A stretch of 64,000 bases of DNA from an uncultured Nitrospinota bacterium (GCA_963707985.1 CAVPRW010000037.1:106522-170521), one strand, 5' to 3'; positions 31,725-43,614 are shown, counted from the first letter of the stretch. Notes: generated by a model not told the origin, from the sequence alone. Made by a program: numbers and translations.

Positions 31725-32542
31725 GGCTGCGCCTCCCTCGGCGCAGCCATTCTAAGTGGGGCGCAGCATATCCCCGAGTATTCCTCCTGTCAATCCACCT
31801 GAGCCGAGACATCGTTGACGCTCTGATCGACAGCGTGGTTCCCAACCCGGCGGTAGGCTGCGATCCTGGCGTCAATCTCGGAGCGGCAGATTAAGATCTT
31901 CCCATCCACACCAGGCGGAACTCCTCGATGTTGTGAGTCCATGGCGATTGCGCAAACCAGCACCTTGCCTTTTTTTGCACTCATGAGTTGCTCCTCGTTT
32001 AGGGCTCGGTCTTCGCAGCCGGCCTGTTGGTTTAACGCATGGATCTCCTCACAGTCATACCACCCAACGGTCGCCATCACACCCGGCAGCGTCCTGCACT
32101 GTAGGCCTCGGCCGATACGCGAGGTCGGCACCTCTGCGGGTCGATACTCATCATTGCCGAATACTGCAGCACGAAAGCCAACGCTACCTGATTGCACCGT
32201 CGCATGCCTTGGGAACCATAGCGGTGTACGCCAACAAACTGAATCGAAGCGTACTCTGCACCTCGGTCCGCGGCGTCTTGCCCATGATGTTGCTACGCAA
32301 TCGCGCCTCTGCGCACGCATCGACATGGGTTGAGCGCATCGTGCCACTGCGCCGCGCGACCCGTGGGGTACGGGACCCGTTGGTGGGAGGGCACGTGAGG
32401 ATCTGATACGTCCACGTCTACCGCCGCGGTTTCCTTTCCGCCCTCTATCCTCTCCAGGCCCACACCGATAGACAAGGGTTTAGTGCCAGACCAGCCTAGC
32501 CGGAGGACGGTTCAGGTCCAGGCCGTCGCGCTCATTTAACTA

Positions 32543-32584
32543 TTATTGATAAATCTTGACATCAATAAATCATTATAGTAGGGT
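32543..32584 (+). promoter_or_regulatory. Sigma70-type promoter with overlapping palindromic operator
   Basis: TTGACA (32556) - 17 nt - TAGGGT (32579); TTATTGAT-N10-ATCAATAA inverted repeat overlaps the -35. Confidence 0.55.
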
Positions 32585-32676
32585 GACAGGCAAACGCCGC
32601 CACCAGGGGCGTGTATAGGGCTTTGACAACGACGTCAGCATCGATGGGGACGGGAAGGCATGAGACGGAGGATGAG

Positions 32677-32967
32677 ATGACACGGCACAGTCCAGGACAG
32701 ACCATCGCGAGGCTGAGCGCCGCAGCCATGCTGCAGACCGAAGCCACCCACCAGCGCGTCGTGTTGGCATGGGGCGAAATCCTCTTCACGGAGTTGGGCC
32801 GGGTGTGGGCGCAGCTCGACACCGCGGATGCCATGGCATATGAAGATAAGGTGGCGGCTCAAGTGCACGTGCTCGAGGATGCCACGGCCAGTCTCGAGTT
32901 GCTGTCTCACACCTTGGGGCGCACCTGCCGCCGCCTCAGGCGGCATCTGCAGTCGCTGCGTAGGTGA
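32677..32967 (+). CDS. Small helical hypothetical protein
   Basis: GGAGGA RBS + ATG, 96 codons, downstream of the promoter above. Confidence 0.5.
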   Translation: MTRHSPGQTIARLSAAAMLQTEATHQRVVLAWGEILFTELGRVWAQLDTADAMAYEDKVAAQVHVLEDATASLELLSHTLGRTCRRLRRHLQSLRR

Positions 32968-32984
32968 CACGGCGTCGGTGCACC

Positions 32985-33316
32985 ATGGCAGCTATCGTAG
33001 TGGCCATCTCCGCCAGGCACGTGCCGCACCTACAGGAGGCGCTCGACGGTTGGCAGCCGCCCCCCGCCGTGTTAGGCTGGATTTTCTATGACTGGAATGC
33101 GGACAGCTGTCGGACGATGGTGCGCCATTGTGGTGCGGACATCCCTCCGCCGGCACACTGTTGATTGGAGCAGATCGCGCAGACCGTCCTCCCCTGATGT
33201 CGCGGGACGGACATCCTGTGACGCAGACACCAGAGTTCGGCATGACGGTTCCCGCGTGGCGGGTCTTGCGGTTGATGATGATCTCCGCGCCATTCCAGTG
33301 GCTTAACCAATGCTGA
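32985..33316 (+). CDS. Small hypothetical protein (possibly frameshifted)
   Basis: ORFs 32964..33164 and 33128..33316 overlap and fill the gap to the convergent STAND gene; no family recognised. Confidence 0.25.
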
Positions 33317-33343
33317 CGGTCGGCGCCTCTACCTCCTCCATCC

Positions 33344-36300
33344 TCACCCCAATGCCGTCAGTAAGGCCTTGGCTTCTTGGAGATCGGCCGTGTCAAACCC
33401 CTCGGTGAACCAGCCATAGGTTTGTCTCAGCAGCTGACCCGCTTCATCGCGTTTACCCTGGTCCTGCCACAGGCGGCTCAGGCTCATGGCCGCCCGTAGC
33501 TCCAGGGCCTTTGCCTGCTGGCGGCGGGCAACGGCGAGGGCTTGAAAGAAGCAGGCTTCTGCCTCTGCATGAGGCATAGCCGGCCGAGCGAGCAACAACT
33601 CCCCCTGCAGACGATATAACTCAGCCTCATAGCATCGCTCACCTCGATCGTTCACTGCAGTCAGCGCCTCGGTGATGACTCTCAGGCCCTCTTCGGCCTG
33701 TCCTCCGTTCAGATATGCTTCAGCCAGCAGGGCCAGGCAATATGACTGGGCCAGCTCTGTTCCCGTGGCCCGGTACGCTGCTAGGCCCTGGCGCAACAGT
33801 GCCATCCCCTGCTCTAGTTGACCCTGGAGGGCCAGCGCCCAGCCGCGCAGGATGGTCCCCATGGCCAACCAGAGCGTAAATCCCTGTTCACACGCCAGGG
33901 CTATCGTCGCCTCGGCTCGCTCTTGAGCAGCTGGCCACTCCCGCCGGAGCTGATGGAGCACGGCAGCACAGCCAAGCGCATATACCAGGCTGAAGGGGTG
34001 CGCCAGCTCAGGCGCGAGGGTGAGCGCTGCGTCGCTGCGTTGGAGGGCTTGCTCCGCAAAGCCCATCGACCATAGGACACGCCCTGCAAAGGCTAGGCAA
34101 GCCACACCAGGGTTTTGAATGGTCCCAAAGGCCAGGGCGCGGTGCTGCTTGGGGTCATAGAGGGCGATTCCCTGCTCCAGGTGGGTTCGGGCCTGGGCCA
34201 ACTCGCCGAGCCAATAGGCGCTTGTTCCAAGTGCCTGGTGGGATACTAAGAGGAGCTCCGGGTCTTGGGCGCGCTGGGCCAACTCGTAGAGTTGCGCCTC
34301 AAGTGCGTGTGCGGGGCGGAACTCGGCGCGTTGTTGATAATACAGCCGTAAGCCATACAGCACTGAGACGAGCGGTGGCACCTCCTCTACCTGCTGACAC
34401 AGCTCGTGCGCACGGGCATAGGCCTGTTCTACCTCTAGAGCGGCATAACCCTTGGTGGCGATCAGCGCTGGCCCAAGGGCAGTCTGCAGGTCCAGTTCCT
34501 GTCGAATACGCTCAGGGGTATCCGGCAGCGTCTTGAGTACTTCGAGCCCCTTGGTGAGATGGCTGATCGCTTCGAGGTTGGCCGAGCGCTCGATGGCGCG
34601 CTCGCCAGCTCGCTGCCAGCAAAGTAGAGCCTGCTTGCCAAGACCCGCCTCGGTATAGTGGTGGGCTAACAGCTCGGGTAGGGTGGCGGCCAGGATCGGA
34701 AAATGCTCGGCCAGCACCTGGGCCACCTTCTGGTGATACTGCCGCCGGGTAGGCCCGGGCACTGCCTGATACACTGCCTCTTGGGTGAGGATATGCTTGA
34801 AGGTATATGTGGAATGGGAGCCAAGGCTTCTGGGGAAGAGAAACTCCGCAGCCTGGAGGTGCGCGAGGCTGCGCTGCAGCGTTTCCTCTGGCTGGGCGAC
34901 GAGGGCCTGTAGTACGGGGGCGGCGACATCTTTGCCGATGACTGAGGCGGCTTCCAGGAGTCGCTTCTCGCTCGCTGGTAAACGATCAATGCGCGCTGCT
35001 AGCACTGCTTGAATGGTATCTGGCACTGCTAGGGTTAGGTAGCCTTCCCCATGCTCTCGTACCGTGTGGCCCAACTCTTCCAGAAAAAAGGGATTACCCT
35101 CCCCTTTGGCTAAAAGCTGCTGTTCGAGAGCAGGTATCAGGGGGCGGTCGGCCAGCACACTCTGGACCACCTGACGGCTAGCGTTCGGATGCAGAGGCTG
35201 GAGGGCGATTTGGGTCGCATAGGACCTGTCTCCCCAAAGCGGGCGATATCCCGGGCGGAAGGTCACTAACACCAGGATCGATACTCCTGCCAGCCCCTCC
35301 ACGAAAGATGCCAGCAAGGCCTCTGAGGTGGGGTCGATCCAGTGCAAGTTCTCCACGGCCAGGACCAGGGGCTGTTGTTGACTACTGGCGAAGAAGAGCC
35401 GCTGGAAGGTCTCGAAGGTACGCACCCGGCGCGCTTCGGCGCTGAGCCTAGAGAGCATGTCAGCGGCTACGGGCACGCCCAGGAGGTGGAGGAGATACGG
35501 CAAGCTGGCTTTTGGGTCGAGGCTCGTCTGCTGAAGACTTGCGCTCACCTTCGCTATGAGCACTTCTGGTTGATCGTCCGTGTCGATGCCGCAGTATTCC
35601 CGCAACAGGTCCGTGACAGGCAAATAGGGCATCACAGTCCCATAGGCCAGGCACTGCCCTTCCACATACGTGACACGATGCCCGCTAAGGCGCTGGCGAA
35701 ACTCATCGAGGAGTCGCGATTTGCCCATCCCAGCCGCACCCACCAGGCTCACGACCTGTCCCCGTGCCGCCTTGACCTGATCGAGGACAGTCTGCAAGAG
35801 CATCAGTTCCTGCTCCCGGCCCACGAATGGACTTCGCAGAGGCCTTCGCTGCTCACCCAGCGGCAGGCGGCTTGAGCTCACTCCCACGACGGCATACCCA
35901 GCCGCACGCGTCGGGTCTTGCCTGGGTATGGACAGCTGCCGTGCCTCCAGCGCCACCCAGCCCTCAACCAGACGCCCCACGTCTGGGGATACCAGGATCT
36001 CCCCCGCTGCTGCCTGTCCCAGCAGCCGTATAGGCAGCGCCAGTGTGTCTCTCACGGCTAACACCCGCGCCGTTGGGACGGAAACCTGACTATCCACTTG
36101 CACAGCACCCAGGTGCACCGCCAGACGTACCTCAGGACAGGTAGGCAGATCCGGAGCCGCGGCTGCCAGCGCCATCTGCCGGATGGCCAGCGCACTGTGC
36201 ACGGCTCGCTGGGGTAATTGCTCGAGCGGGCGGGGTAGCCCAAACACCCAGGTCAGGAGCGCTGGCGTACGTTGCAGGAGGTCCCCTCCAAAGCCTTGCA

Positions 36301-37645
36301 CTTTGTCAACAACCGCTTTCTCCCAGCGCGATATTTCGGTCCAGGGTTCGTAAGATGAGGACTCACGCCCAGCGGCTTCCGGCCAGGTCACCTCCAGGAC
36401 GAGGACCGCTACCGTCTTCTGTTCCCAAGTCGTCATGTCGTGTCGCGGTGTTATGCGCGGCATCTTGCGGCACTGCCGTCTTCTGAGCATTTTCCCCTTC
36501 ATCCTTCTCCGCCAGGGTTGGCGCGCGGGGAACGGCCAGCTCATGAAGAGGCACCTCGCGGTGAGAAGGGGATTCTCGTGCACCTGTCCGAGGTGAAAGC
36601 TGCGACGCGAGTGCCGGCGGGGTGTCGAGACGGGGACGGGTGATGCCATAGCGTTGCAGACGATAGCGCACGGTATCCCGGCTCACCCCCAGTAGTCGGG
36701 CTGCCCGCGTCACATTGCCTCCCGTTTGCAAGAGCGCCTGCCGAATCTGCTCCGCTTCTGCCGGCAGAGAGGCCTCTGACGTGTGATCTAGGGAGGACAA
36801 GGCGACTCCCCTGGACATGTCTGACGCTGGCGAAGTAAGGCAGAGCTGCATCAGGCTCTTCGCGTCGAGTTCCACCCCCAGGTGCAATAAGGTCGACCCG
36901 CTCCATCACATGGCTCAACTCCCGTATATTCCCCGGCCACCCATAGCCCTGTACCCACGCCTGGGCTGCGGTGTTCAGGTACTTCGGCGCCACCCCATGC
37001 AAAACGGTATAGTGGCGCAAATACATCTCGGCCAGCAGCAGGACATCCTCGCCCCGTACCCTCAAGGGGGGCAGCGTCAGGACTACCACTGCCAGCCGAT
37101 GGTATAGATCTACCCGAAAGCGGCCCGTTGATATGGCCTCAGGCAAGGACGCATTCGTGGCAGCCACGAACTTCACATCGACGACACGCTCCGCCACTGC
37201 CCCTAGGCGTCGCACCCGTTTGATCTCGATCGCGCTCAGCAACTTGCCTTGTAAGACCAGCGGCAGGGCGTCGATCTCGTCCAACAGTAATGTCCCGCCC
37301 GAGGCGGCCTCGAATAGCCCGGGCTTGGCACGCTTGGCATCGGTGAAGGCCCCCGCCTCAAAACCAAAGAGTTCAGCTTCCAGCAGACGTCTCGGGAATC
37401 GCGGCGCAGTTCACCTCAATGAACGGCCCAGCGGCTCGGGGTCCACTGTCATGGAGCACGCGCGCCACCAATCCCTTGCCGGTGCCGGTCTCGCCTTGGA
37501 GCAAGAGAGTGGGGACGGCGGGGCTGCCTAGGTTGTCGAAGTGGGCTAGATGGCGGATCTGCCCCCGTAGCGCTACCATAGCAGCGGAGCTCCCCACCAG
37601 CCGATCGGTCGGATGAGCGTCAAGGTGTGGACGCGAGTCAGCCAT
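33344..37645 (-). CDS. Sigma54-dependent activator AAA+ / Fis-HTH / cyclase-like / STAND ATPase / TPR fusion (frameshifts near 37390, 36893, 36430)
   Basis: [69 protein letters not shown]; class III cyclase-like segment; [26 protein letters not shown] tail [11 protein letters not shown]. Confidence 0.85.
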
Positions 37646-37940
37646 GGCTATGCCTCTTCTGGATGGCCACCCAGCACCGCCGCTGCAGGACCTCTAGTCA
37701 CGCGACATGCAGGCAGGCGAGCCTCGGAGGTGGCTTGCTGGATGATCCAACTGCTCCGAGGGGCCTATTCATCTTCGACAATAATCAATTATCGATGGTT
37801 TAGATCACTGATGCAAGCGTGATCAGCGCTCATCGACACTTACGCTTGGTTGCAGGCATCAACCACCGCAACAACGGCGTCGAAAGCCGTTCCTTAGGCC
37901 TCCTCCGACCATTTGGTTCCATCTTGACGCCGTGCCCCAG

Positions 37941-37973
37941 AAATGGGGGTGAAATGGGGGTAACCCCCACTTT
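37941..37973. promoter_or_regulatory. Candidate upstream activator sequence
   Basis: AAATGGGGGT tandem direct repeat plus inverted TGGGGGT-A-ACCCCCA, about 150-180 bp upstream of the sigma54 motif. Confidence 0.4.
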
Positions 37974-38123
37974 CCACCACCAAAACTGGGAGTAAAGAGT
38001 TTTAGTGCCAGTTTTCTTGTATCCCAACCGAGGTTCTGAGCGCGCCAGCCTTTCCGCCGTACCTATTGCCAGAACAACACTTTATCTGCTGACGTTAGGG
38101 GCTCATAGGGGTATACATGCCTC

Positions 38124-38139
38124 TGGTATAGCCGTTGCA
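38124..38139 (+). promoter_or_regulatory. Sigma54 (-24/-12) promoter
   Basis: TGGTATAGCCGTTGCA = GG-N10-GC with TTGCA, divergent from the sigma54-activator gene. Confidence 0.6.
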
Positions 38140-38439
38140 TTTCCTGAGGGAGACAGACTGCTAGTGCCAGATGAGCTGGCCCACGGGGGTCCCGTGCCCG
38201 TGCCCCAGTTCCCAGTTGCCGAAAGAACTACGCCCAATTCGTGCTGGAGAGCTAGTCCGGTCCTATGCCTGAGCCGCCTCCCCCGTTCTGATCGCGGCAC
38301 TGCTGTGATCGAATTAGAGGAGTCACCCACCATTCCCGCGAGTCCTGCCAATTGCCCAGCGGACGGACAAGGGGCAACAGATGATCGCGGAGAATTAGGA
38401 TGTTAAGAAGGCTCCGACATCTCTCTCACGGAGGACGTC

Positions 38440-40089
38440 ATGCCTATATTTCAGACACGCCTCACCCCAGAGTCGATCGGACGCTATACCCGTTTGGGCC
38501 ACTGGGGCACTGACACTTTCTATCCGATCCTCACCCAGCGGGCTGAGGCCCACTCGGACCGGGAATCGATCATCGATCCGCGTCAGCGCGTGACTTATGG
38601 GGAGCTTCTGGCCGGTGTTGATCGCGTCGCGGCGGCGTTCCAACACCTCGGCATCGGACCTGGCGACGTGGTCACCATCCAGCTGCCGAACTGGATCGAG
38701 TTCGCCTACGTCTTCTTTGCGCTCGAACGTATTGGGGCAGTGGCGAACCAGATTGGTCCCGACTTCAGGAGCCGGGAAGTCGAGTACATCCTACGCTTTT
38801 CTCAGAGCCACGCCTTCGTCTGCCCGGCCACCTTCAGGGGCTTCGATTACGTGCCCATGATCCGCGAGCTCCGGCCGAAGCTTCCCGATCTCAAGCTCGT
38901 GTGTGTTCTGGGCGGTATGGGGGATCCCGACACCGTTTCTCTGGACGACATGCTCTCTGCTACCCTCGCGCCGCAGCCCCTTGTGCCCCAGCCACTGGGC
39001 CCCAACGACGTCATGCGGATGGCTTTCACCTCCGGAACGACCGGGAACCCCAAAGGCGTCACCCATAGCTTCAACACTACCCTACCCGCGTGCCGCATGC
39101 TGAACAGCGCCATGGAGGTGACGGCAGAGGACGTTTTCCTGGTCTACCTACCCCTCGGCCTGAACTGGGGGTACTTGACCCTGCTTCAGGCCATCATGGC
39201 TGGCGCTCGTGCTGTGCTCCTTGACCGCTTCAGCGCCCGTACGGCGCTCGAGCTGATCGAACGAGAGCGCGTCACGTTCATCCCAAGCGCGCCTGCCTCA
39301 CTCATTGCCATGCTCAACGACCCTGAGCTCGCACGCTTCGATCTGACTTCTCTCCGGGTGGTCATCAGCGGCGGGGCTTCCTGCCCCGTCGAGACCATCC
39401 GCGCTTTCCGAGCCAGGATCTCTGGACACCTGATCGAGCTCTACGGCATGCTCGAGACCGGCTTCCACACCTTCACCCGCGTGACGGACGACCCCGAAGC
39501 CGTGGCCGGCACCATCGGCCGTTCGGCCCCTGGCATGGGGCTCAGGCTCATCGACGAGGCCGGGCAGGACGTCCCGCCCGGCGCCGAGGGCGAGATTGCG
39601 GCCGAGGGACCCACTGTGCACCTCGGTTATCATAAAAATCCCTCCGCCAACGCCGAGTTGTTCACCGCGGATGGCTGGTTTCGCACGGGCGACCTCGGTC
39701 AGTTGGATGCAGCCGGCAATGTGAAGATCGTCGGGCGGTTGAAGGAGATGATCAATCGTGGCGGCCAGAAGTTCTTTCCACGCGAGATCGAGGAACTCCT
39801 CTACACCCATCCCCAGATCCTGCACGCGGCCATCGTCGGGGTGCCGGACCCACGCCTCGGCGAGCGCAACTGCCTCTGCGTGATCCCGCGAGAAGGGGCC
39901 AGCCTCTCCCTCGCTGAGGTTGTAGCCTTTCTCAAAGACCGTATCGCAACCTATAAGCTTCCAGAGGAGATGGAGATTTTCGATGACTTCCCGTTCACTC
40001 CGACTGGCAAGATCCAGCGCCACGTGCTGACTCGTCGGGTTCTGGACAGGCGAAAGTCGCAGGTCTATGGTTTCCCCTGGCACGGGTAG
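38440..40089 (+). CDS. AMP-binding acyl/aryl-CoA ligase (cyclohexanecarboxylate-CoA ligase-like)
   Basis: FTSGTTGNPKG, YGMLE, WFRTGDLG, GRLKEMINRGG, TPTGKIQR; GGAGG RBS. Confidence 0.92.
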   Translation: MPIFQTRLTPESIGRYTRLGHWGTDTFYPILTQRAEAHSDRESIIDPRQRVTYGELLAGVDRVAAAFQHLGIGPGDVVTIQLPNWIEFAYVFFALERIGAVANQIGPDFRSREVEYILRFSQSHAFVCPATFRGFDYVPMIRELRPKLPDLKLVCVLGGMGDPDTVSLDDMLSATLAPQPLVPQPLGPNDVMRMAFTSGTTGNPKGVTHSFNTTLPACRMLNSAMEVTAEDVFLVYLPLGLNWGYLTLLQAIMAGARAVLLDRFSARTALELIERERVTFIPSAPASLIAMLNDPELARFDLTSLRVVISGGASCPVETIRAFRARISGHLIELYGMLETGFHTFTRVTDDPEAVAGTIGRSAPGMGLRLIDEAGQDVPPGAEGEIAAEGPTVHLGYHKNPSANAELFTADGWFRTGDLGQLDAAGNVKIVGRLKEMINRGGQKFFPREIEELLYTHPQILHAAIVGVPDPRLGERNCLCVIPREGASLSLAEVVAFLKDRIATYKLPEEMEIFDDFPFTPTGKIQRHVLTRRVLDRRKSQVYGFPWHG

Positions 40090-40232
40090 AGATGGCCCAC
40101 CGAGATACGCGGTAATCAGGCTCTATCGTTGTTCAAAAGGCTCCCCTAGCGAGTCATGGCGATCATGGACCGCGCCGGCAGTGTGCCGGTTTCCATTACT
40201 GTCCCGCCCCGTGCGGGCCGCCGGAGGTGGAT

Positions 40233-41246
40233 ATGGATATGCACTTGAGCCCTGCAGGCATCATCCAAATGGGCGTGGGATTCTGGGGGCCGAAAACGCT
40301 CCTCAGTGCGATTGAACTGGGCGTGTTTACCGAGCTTGCGACGGGCGCGCTGGCTGGCGAGCCGTTGCGCGAGCGCCTCGGTCTCCACCCCAGGAGCGCC
40401 CGCGATTTCTTTGACGCACTCGTCGCCCTCGGCATGCTCGAACGTCAGGATGGCCTCTACGCCAATACGCCCGAAACGGACTTGTTCCTCGACCGGGCGA
40501 AGCCCACCTATATCGGGGGCTATCTCGAGATGATCAACGCCCGCCTGTATGGGTTTTGGGGGGCACTCACCGAGGCCCTTCGCAGCGGCGAGCCACAGAA
40601 TGAGATCAAGACCGGAGGCGAGTTATTTTCGGTGCTCTACCAAGATCCCGTCCGGCTCAAGCAGTTTCTGCAGGCGATGACCGGCTACAGCCTGGGGACA
40701 GCCCACGCCATCGCCCACAAGTTCCCCTGGGCACGGTATCGGACGTTCATCGACGTCGGGTGTGCCCAGGGATGCGTCCCCGTCCAGGTCGCCCTGGCCC
40801 ATCCGCACGTGTCCGGAGGCGGGTTCGACCTTCCAGTCGTGAGGCCGATCTTCGAGGAGTATGTCACCTCCTTCAGGCTCGGGAGCCGACTGCAATTCTA
40901 CCCGGGTGATTTTTTTCAGGACCCCATGCCGCCAGCCGAGGTCTTAGCGCTGGGGAGGGTCCTGCATGACTGGAATCTTGAGGAGAAGAAACTGTTGCTC
41001 GCCAAGGCCTATGCGGCCTTACCCACGGGAGGGGCACTGATCATCTACGAGTCGCTCATCGATGACGCGCGCCGGCAGCACGCACGCGGCTTGCTGATGA
41101 GCTTGACCATGCTGATCGAGACGACAGGAGGGTTCGACTTCACGGGGGCCGACTGTTGCGGCTGGATGCGAGAGGTGGGCTTCCATGACACCTACGTGGG
41201 GCATCTCGACGGACCCGACTCCATGGCCGTGGGGATCAAGGGTTAG
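40233..41246 (+). CDS. O-methyltransferase (dimerisation domain + Methyltransf_2)
   Basis: [11 protein letters not shown]-domain, [20 protein letters not shown]. Confidence 0.9.
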   Translation: MDMHLSPAGIIQMGVGFWGPKTLLSAIELGVFTELATGALAGEPLRERLGLHPRSARDFFDALVALGMLERQDGLYANTPETDLFLDRAKPTYIGGYLEMINARLYGFWGALTEALRSGEPQNEIKTGGELFSVLYQDPVRLKQFLQAMTGYSLGTAHAIAHKFPWARYRTFIDVGCAQGCVPVQVALAHPHVSGGGFDLPVVRPIFEEYVTSFRLGSRLQFYPGDFFQDPMPPAEVLALGRVLHDWNLEEKKLLLAKAYAALPTGGALIIYESLIDDARRQHARGLLMSLTMLIETTGGFDFTGADCCGWMREVGFHDTYVGHLDGPDSMAVGIKG

Positions 41247-41372
41247 GTAGCGACCGTTCCGTGAGGCCCGTCGGGGAAACGGAGGAAACGACCAGCCAGA
41301 GGCTCTCCGTGCGTTTGCTGACAAGCGAGGATTCTGCCCTCCAGGCGACGTGTCGCATAGAACCGACAGGGG

Positions 41373-41852
41373 TCAGATGGGGATCACCAGGAGGGTATCG
41401 ATGCGTGAGGAGTCACAGACCACGGTCTTTTCCTGAAACAACCAGGCGCCCTCGCGTTCCACCAGCACGTCGTCGAAGAAGCCCACCGCAAACACGATCA
41501 TCTCACCTGTGTGCATGGTACGAATGACCTGAAAGTTCGTATGGACGCGCCACCTGCCCTCGGGCTCCTCACGCACCAGGCGCGTCCCCGAGACCAGATG
41601 CCGGTACATATGGGGTTCAAAGATGTTCGCCCGCCGCAGAGACATGATGCGATCCTGCATCATGCCCTGCCCCCGGCAGTAGAAAAACGCGGCCGGCAAG
41701 CCACGGGCATAATTGTCCCGGGAAATGATCCGGTACAGCCCATCCGCCGTAAAAAAAAGCGGCCAGCGTTCCAGGGCGTCGTCATCGATGCAGCCGATAT
41801 ACTCCGCAGTCAGGCGCTCAACGCGGTAGATGAGGTTGTCGGCCGGTGCCAT
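41373..41852 (-). CDS. Aromatic ring-hydroxylating oxygenase beta subunit
   Basis: CIDDDALERWPLFF, GMMQDRI, YRHLVS, DSSRIDTLLVIPI; follows the alpha subunit. Confidence 0.92.
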   Translation of the reverse strand: MAPADNLIYRVERLTAEYIGCIDDDALERWPLFFTADGLYRIISRDNYARGLPAAFFYCRGQGMMQDRIMSLRRANIFEPHMYRHLVSGTRLVREEPEGRWRVHTNFQVIRTMHTGEMIVFAVGFFDDVLVEREGAWLFQEKTVVCDSSRIDTLLVIPI

Positions 41853-41869
41853 GCTCTCTCTTCGCCCCG

Positions 41870-43117
41870 TTACAGGTCCATCATAGTCCGATACGCCTGC
41901 CAGAAGCCGCGCACGGACGCCTCACTCACTCGGCTGCCCTGACGTGTGACCTCACGACCGCCCATTTCGAGCACCGCTGTCTGGTCCGGGTCCTGAGCGA
42001 TGGTCCGTTGCACCCAGTTGCCGATCATGCCGTCTTCCATCGACACCAGCCCGGCGGGGCCGATCAAATTGCTCTGCAGCAAGCGCATTTCGGCCTGCTC
42101 CGGGGTATCGTCGGCGTAGCCGAACAGCAGCCAGTGTAGCTCGCAGGCGTCCACCCCCTGCGGCACCATCAAGCGGAGGGCCAGCGAATTCTGGATTTGC
42201 TGCACGACCAGGTTGGGGAAGATCCCCTGGATGGCGTTGGTGATGCCGTCCGGGAACTCCGGCCAGGTCTGCAACAAGCGCGGATCCTCAAGCCGAAAAT
42301 CCTGTTGCATGGAGCGCAGCGTGCCCTGGGCATACTCCGTCCCCGCCATCTCCTCCACACTGCGCTTCGACCAGCTCAGATGATGTCCGCCACAGGAGCT
42401 GATCTCGAGGCCACCTTCCATTGACAGCCGATTCAGCCCAAAGGTGGTCAGGAACAGGTGGAGAATGCTCGCGTGGTAGGTGTCCTTGACGTTCTCCATG
42501 TACAGCTTCCAGTTATTGTGCATCAGCTGGCTGTAGCTGCCGAGGATGCGGATGGGACGATGAAAGATTCTGGCGATGTGGGCCGTCATCCGCTCGCCCA
42601 GATACTCGGCCAGGGGTGTCACATCTTCGGAGAAGGTGGCAAACACCAGCCCGTGCAGGGATTCAACCCGTAGGCGGTGCAGGCCATGTGCGGAGAAATC
42701 GAAATCGGGGGGCAAGCCACCCTGGTTGCGGATGCCGTGCCGAAAGGCCACGCCGCGCAGGCGACCTTCCAGATCAAACGTCCAGTTATGGTAGACACAG
42801 GTGAATTGGTTGGCATGCCCACGCCGTTCCACGCAGAGCATCGCCCCTCGATGGGCACAGCGATTGACGAACGCCTTCATCGTGCCTTGGGCATCCCGCA
42901 CCATGATCACCGGCGTATCGCCGATGCGGTGGGTGGTAAAATCGCCTGGGTTGGGGGTCTCGACCTCGAGCCCGAGCCAGTGCCAAGCGTCCCCGCGGAA
43001 GATCCGTTCCTGCTCGCACGCATACAGGGCCGGATCGGTAAAGACCTGGTAGGGCACGCGGCAGACGCCCAGGGCCGGCCATTGGAGCGAGAGGTCTGCG
43101 GTGGTCGCATGTGGCAT
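41870..43117 (-). CDS. Rieske ring-hydroxylating oxygenase alpha subunit (salicylate hydroxylase / anthranilate dioxygenase-like class)
   Basis: NRCAHRG...CVYHNW Rieske motif; NWKLYMENVKDTYHASILH; GPAGLVSMED. Confidence 0.92.
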   Translation of the reverse strand: MPHATTADLSLQWPALGVCRVPYQVFTDPALYACEQERIFRGDAWHWLGLEVETPNPGDFTTHRIGDTPVIMVRDAQGTMKAFVNRCAHRGAMLCVERRGHANQFTCVYHNWTFDLEGRLRGVAFRHGIRNQGGLPPDFDFSAHGLHRLRVESLHGLVFATFSEDVTPLAEYLGERMTAHIARIFHRPIRILGSYSQLMHNNWKLYMENVKDTYHASILHLFLTTFGLNRLSMEGGLEISSCGGHHLSWSKRSVEEMAGTEYAQGTLRSMQQDFRLEDPRLLQTWPEFPDGITNAIQGIFPNLVVQQIQNSLALRLMVPQGVDACELHWLLFGYADDTPEQAEMRLLQSNLIGPAGLVSMEDGMIGNWVQRTIAQDPDQTAVLEMGGREVTRQGSRVSEASVRGFWQAYRTMMDL

Positions 43118-43614
43118 GATCTGGATCCCTCCTTGTTCCCTGATGGGGTACGTGCCTCCTGCACACGGCTTCGAGGTATGGCCCTGGCAGACCCGACGGA
43201 CACAATATGGACGAGGGCACGGTACGCGCTTTGCGCGCCGCTGTCAACCCTTCACCTCGTCATCGAAAACTACCCGAACTCGCTTGACTTTGAGAGCGCA
43301 TGCCGGTATTTCTGGGCCAGCCGCAACCACGCGGCTGCACGTCATCATGGCGCATTGTCCTCTTCCCTGAAGAGCGCCAGACCTTGGAACTGTGGCAATG
43401 GTGTGGTAACCAAAAAACGGTGAAATAGACACCCGACCCTGCCGCCAAGTTGTCTTCTGCGAGCCGGTACGGTATACATGACGGCAGTCCCTTGGTGGCT
43501 TGTATTGATCACATACACTTATTGTCCCCCACGCCGTGCGCCAACGCCCAGAGAGGTGGCACAGGGGTGAACCGATCCTGATGGCTGGGCGTGGGGGATC
43601 GATGGAGAGCGACG

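Noticed and set aside
31790..31984. Short ORF with a good RBS ending in TGA, plus an RHG...GWED phosphoglycerate-mutase-like pattern in another frame
   Set aside because: No redox motif or SECIS for Sec readthrough; the mutase-like match is too short and mis-spaced.
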